A stretch of 50,690 nucleotides of DNA, from contig NC_068997.1 in NCBI RefSeq assembly GCF_001194135.2, forward strand, positions 39,748,407-39,799,096, read 5' to 3'. Below the pieces are notes generated by a model. It made no database searches. It saw nothing but the letters and a program-made list of their open reading frames with translations, and was not told where the DNA came from. A program made the position numbers and the translations under genes. Within the stretch, counting starts at the first letter, position 1. Each line of letters starts with the position of its first letter. Positions 48,970 through 50,690 of the stretch are shown one piece after another. This stretch comes from Octopus bimaculoides (lineage: Eukaryota).

Positions 48970-49165
48970 ATCGATTAAACTGCATAGCAAGTGACCTGAT
49001 CTGAGATCGTGAGCTGGAACGAAGACAATTGCAGCGTGGAAGGTGTTTATAAACCATTTAAGAAACACACAAAAAACGTTAGATTCACTTCAACATTTAA
49101 ATTTAATTTGCCAAAATATTTTCGTCGCTTTAAGACCGCGACCTGTTCACTGACAAAATTCCGTA
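48970..49165 (-). mobile_element. PLE-terminal-repeat-like element, tail-to-tail with the upstream PLE
   Basis: Minus strand: HHR-like fold followed by an AATTAAA/AT-rich stretch, the usual PLE terminal-repeat order. Confidence 0.55.
49107..49157 (-). ncRNA. Minimal type-I hammerhead-like motif with G3-C8 swapped core
   Basis: TTTGTCA-GTGAACA-G-GTCGC(GGTCTTAAA)GCGAC-GAA-AATATT-T^TGGCAAA: 7-bp stem I, 5-bp stem II, palindromic stem III. Confidence 0.7.
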
Positions 49166-49205
49166 CTGCATATTATTACACACACCCACACCCACACACA
49201 CACAC

Positions 49206-49263
<58 letters not shown>

Positions 49264-50271
49264 ATATAGGTGTATAAAGATTGAATGTGGATTTGTCCTG
49301 TAATTGGAGGTTTCCAAACGAGATTTCTATTGTTGATTCTTCATACATTGCTGGGAGTTTACAGGCGTAAATTTGCGGAGATATGAAAGTAGTACTTGTA
49401 TATAATGTATGATGAATTTATAGGATGCAGTTTCATATATCCCATCAATTTTGTTAAAAATGGAGGAGACAAGTTGTTAAAATTTGTAAGATATTTAATT
49501 CTTCAAGACATTTAATTCTTCAAGAGATATAGTAACAATATAATATAAATTCATGACTGAATTAAATTAATTAAATATCAACGTACTCTTCAGTGCAGGA
49601 AGGAAAGAAACTATAAAAAAAGGAACTTGAAAAGGAATATAGCAAAAAAAAAAATTGGATCTAGGAGAGTCATATTGGTAACCGTGTGAGAAAGAGATTG
49701 GAGTCATATCGGATATTTAGCCATAACTAATGGCTTAAATGGTTGTTTGAAGATTTAAGTAAAAAGGTATTGGAGACGTTCCCTCTGTAGATGAATATGG
49801 AAATTAGAATTATAGCTCCATATAAGTAGCATGATGCAAATACGTAGTAGCATTGTCCATTAGGAAGACAATACTGAATTTAAATTAAGATTGAAGCTAA
49901 CCGTTGGCATCAGTAGGTAGTATAATGTATGTTTATTTTTAATCTATACATAACAATGAAGTTTAGCGATAGGAAGTGGTATATGAAAAGCTAATACTAG
50001 ATAGTTAACGTAAACAAATGTCGAAAGACTGAGGAATGAGAATGAGTTAAGGAGAGAAGGTGATATCTATAAAGGACTCATGTTTGCATAACAAAGTCAG
50101 TTTAGGTAACACGTATTAGTAATAAAGGAGAAAAAATAAGAAAAAACAGAAAAGCAATTGTTAATATTACGATTAAAGTAGTATGCATTTGCTGCATTTA
50201 TAAAGATGAGAGAGTGAGTTTAAAAAAGTAGTTAGATAGACCAAAATAAACTTTACTAAACACGAAGCAGA

Positions 50272-50418
50272 GCAGGTCTTGCCATCCACTCGAGAAAACG
50301 CATAGTAAATGATTCACAAGCTCTCGAGCAAACTGAGTCCTCAACTTGTTCCATTTGCCGAAAGATTTGGAAGAAACCTGCAGGCTTCAAGAGATACATT
50401 AGTGGCCGTAGAACGTGA
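50272..50418 (+). mobile_element. Decayed tandem C2H2-like fingers, resembling an RTE-type LINE C-terminus
   Basis: Reads AGLAIHSRK..STCSICRKIWKKPAGFKRYISG*; no HTGEKP linker and the second His is lost. Confidence 0.4.
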
Positions 50419-50469
50419 TTACTGCTTTATTTTACCGAACTATCATTTGTCATTCCTGACGAGAGAATT

Positions 50470-50690
50470 CATAATATATATATATATGTGTGTGTGTGTG
50501 AGTGTGTGTGTGTGTGTGTGTGAGTGTGTGTGTGTGTGTGTGTGCGTGTGTGTGTGCGTGCGTGCGTGCGTGTTCGTGTGTGTATGTGTGTGTGTATATG
50601 CATCTATATATATGTATGTATATATATAAACATACACACACACGCACACACGCACACATGCATACATACATACATACATACACACACACA
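50470..50690. repeat. (TA)/(GT)/(CA) compound microsatellite
   Basis: Direct. Confidence 0.95.

Noticed and set aside
756-50689. Most ORFs in the supplied track (YI, CV, HT, RE, poly-I, poly-M and X runs)
   Set aside because: They are translations of microsatellites or N-gaps and carry no domain signal.

Overview
AT-rich, microsatellite-dense eukaryotic DNA with about ten N-gaps. The repeat families and (TA)n/(CA)n load look like an octopod cephalopod, probably Octopus (inferred from recall, not from a search). I cannot support any host protein-coding gene: the ORF track consists of microsatellite/gap artefacts and transposon relics, so the window is probably intronic or intergenic. Recognisable content: three tRNA-like SINE families (more than 20 copies or fragments), a hAT MITE, a decayed L1/Tx1-type LINE, a Tc1/mariner (maT-like) transposase relic, a CRE-like RLE LINE 3' end, two or three Penelope-like element (PLE) relics, an RTE-like zinc-finger tail and a possible Helentron-associated element. 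The main unannotated signal is a dense set of minimal type-I hammerhead ribozyme (HHR) motifs of the PLE type, roughly one per 5 kb and from several families. They include an intact-core copy (21881-21925), a 183-bp palindrome made of two inverted HHRs (36936-37118), and a copy whose core carries the compensatory C3G/G8C swap (49107-49157, minus strand). All folds were parsed by eye; none has been tested for cleavage.
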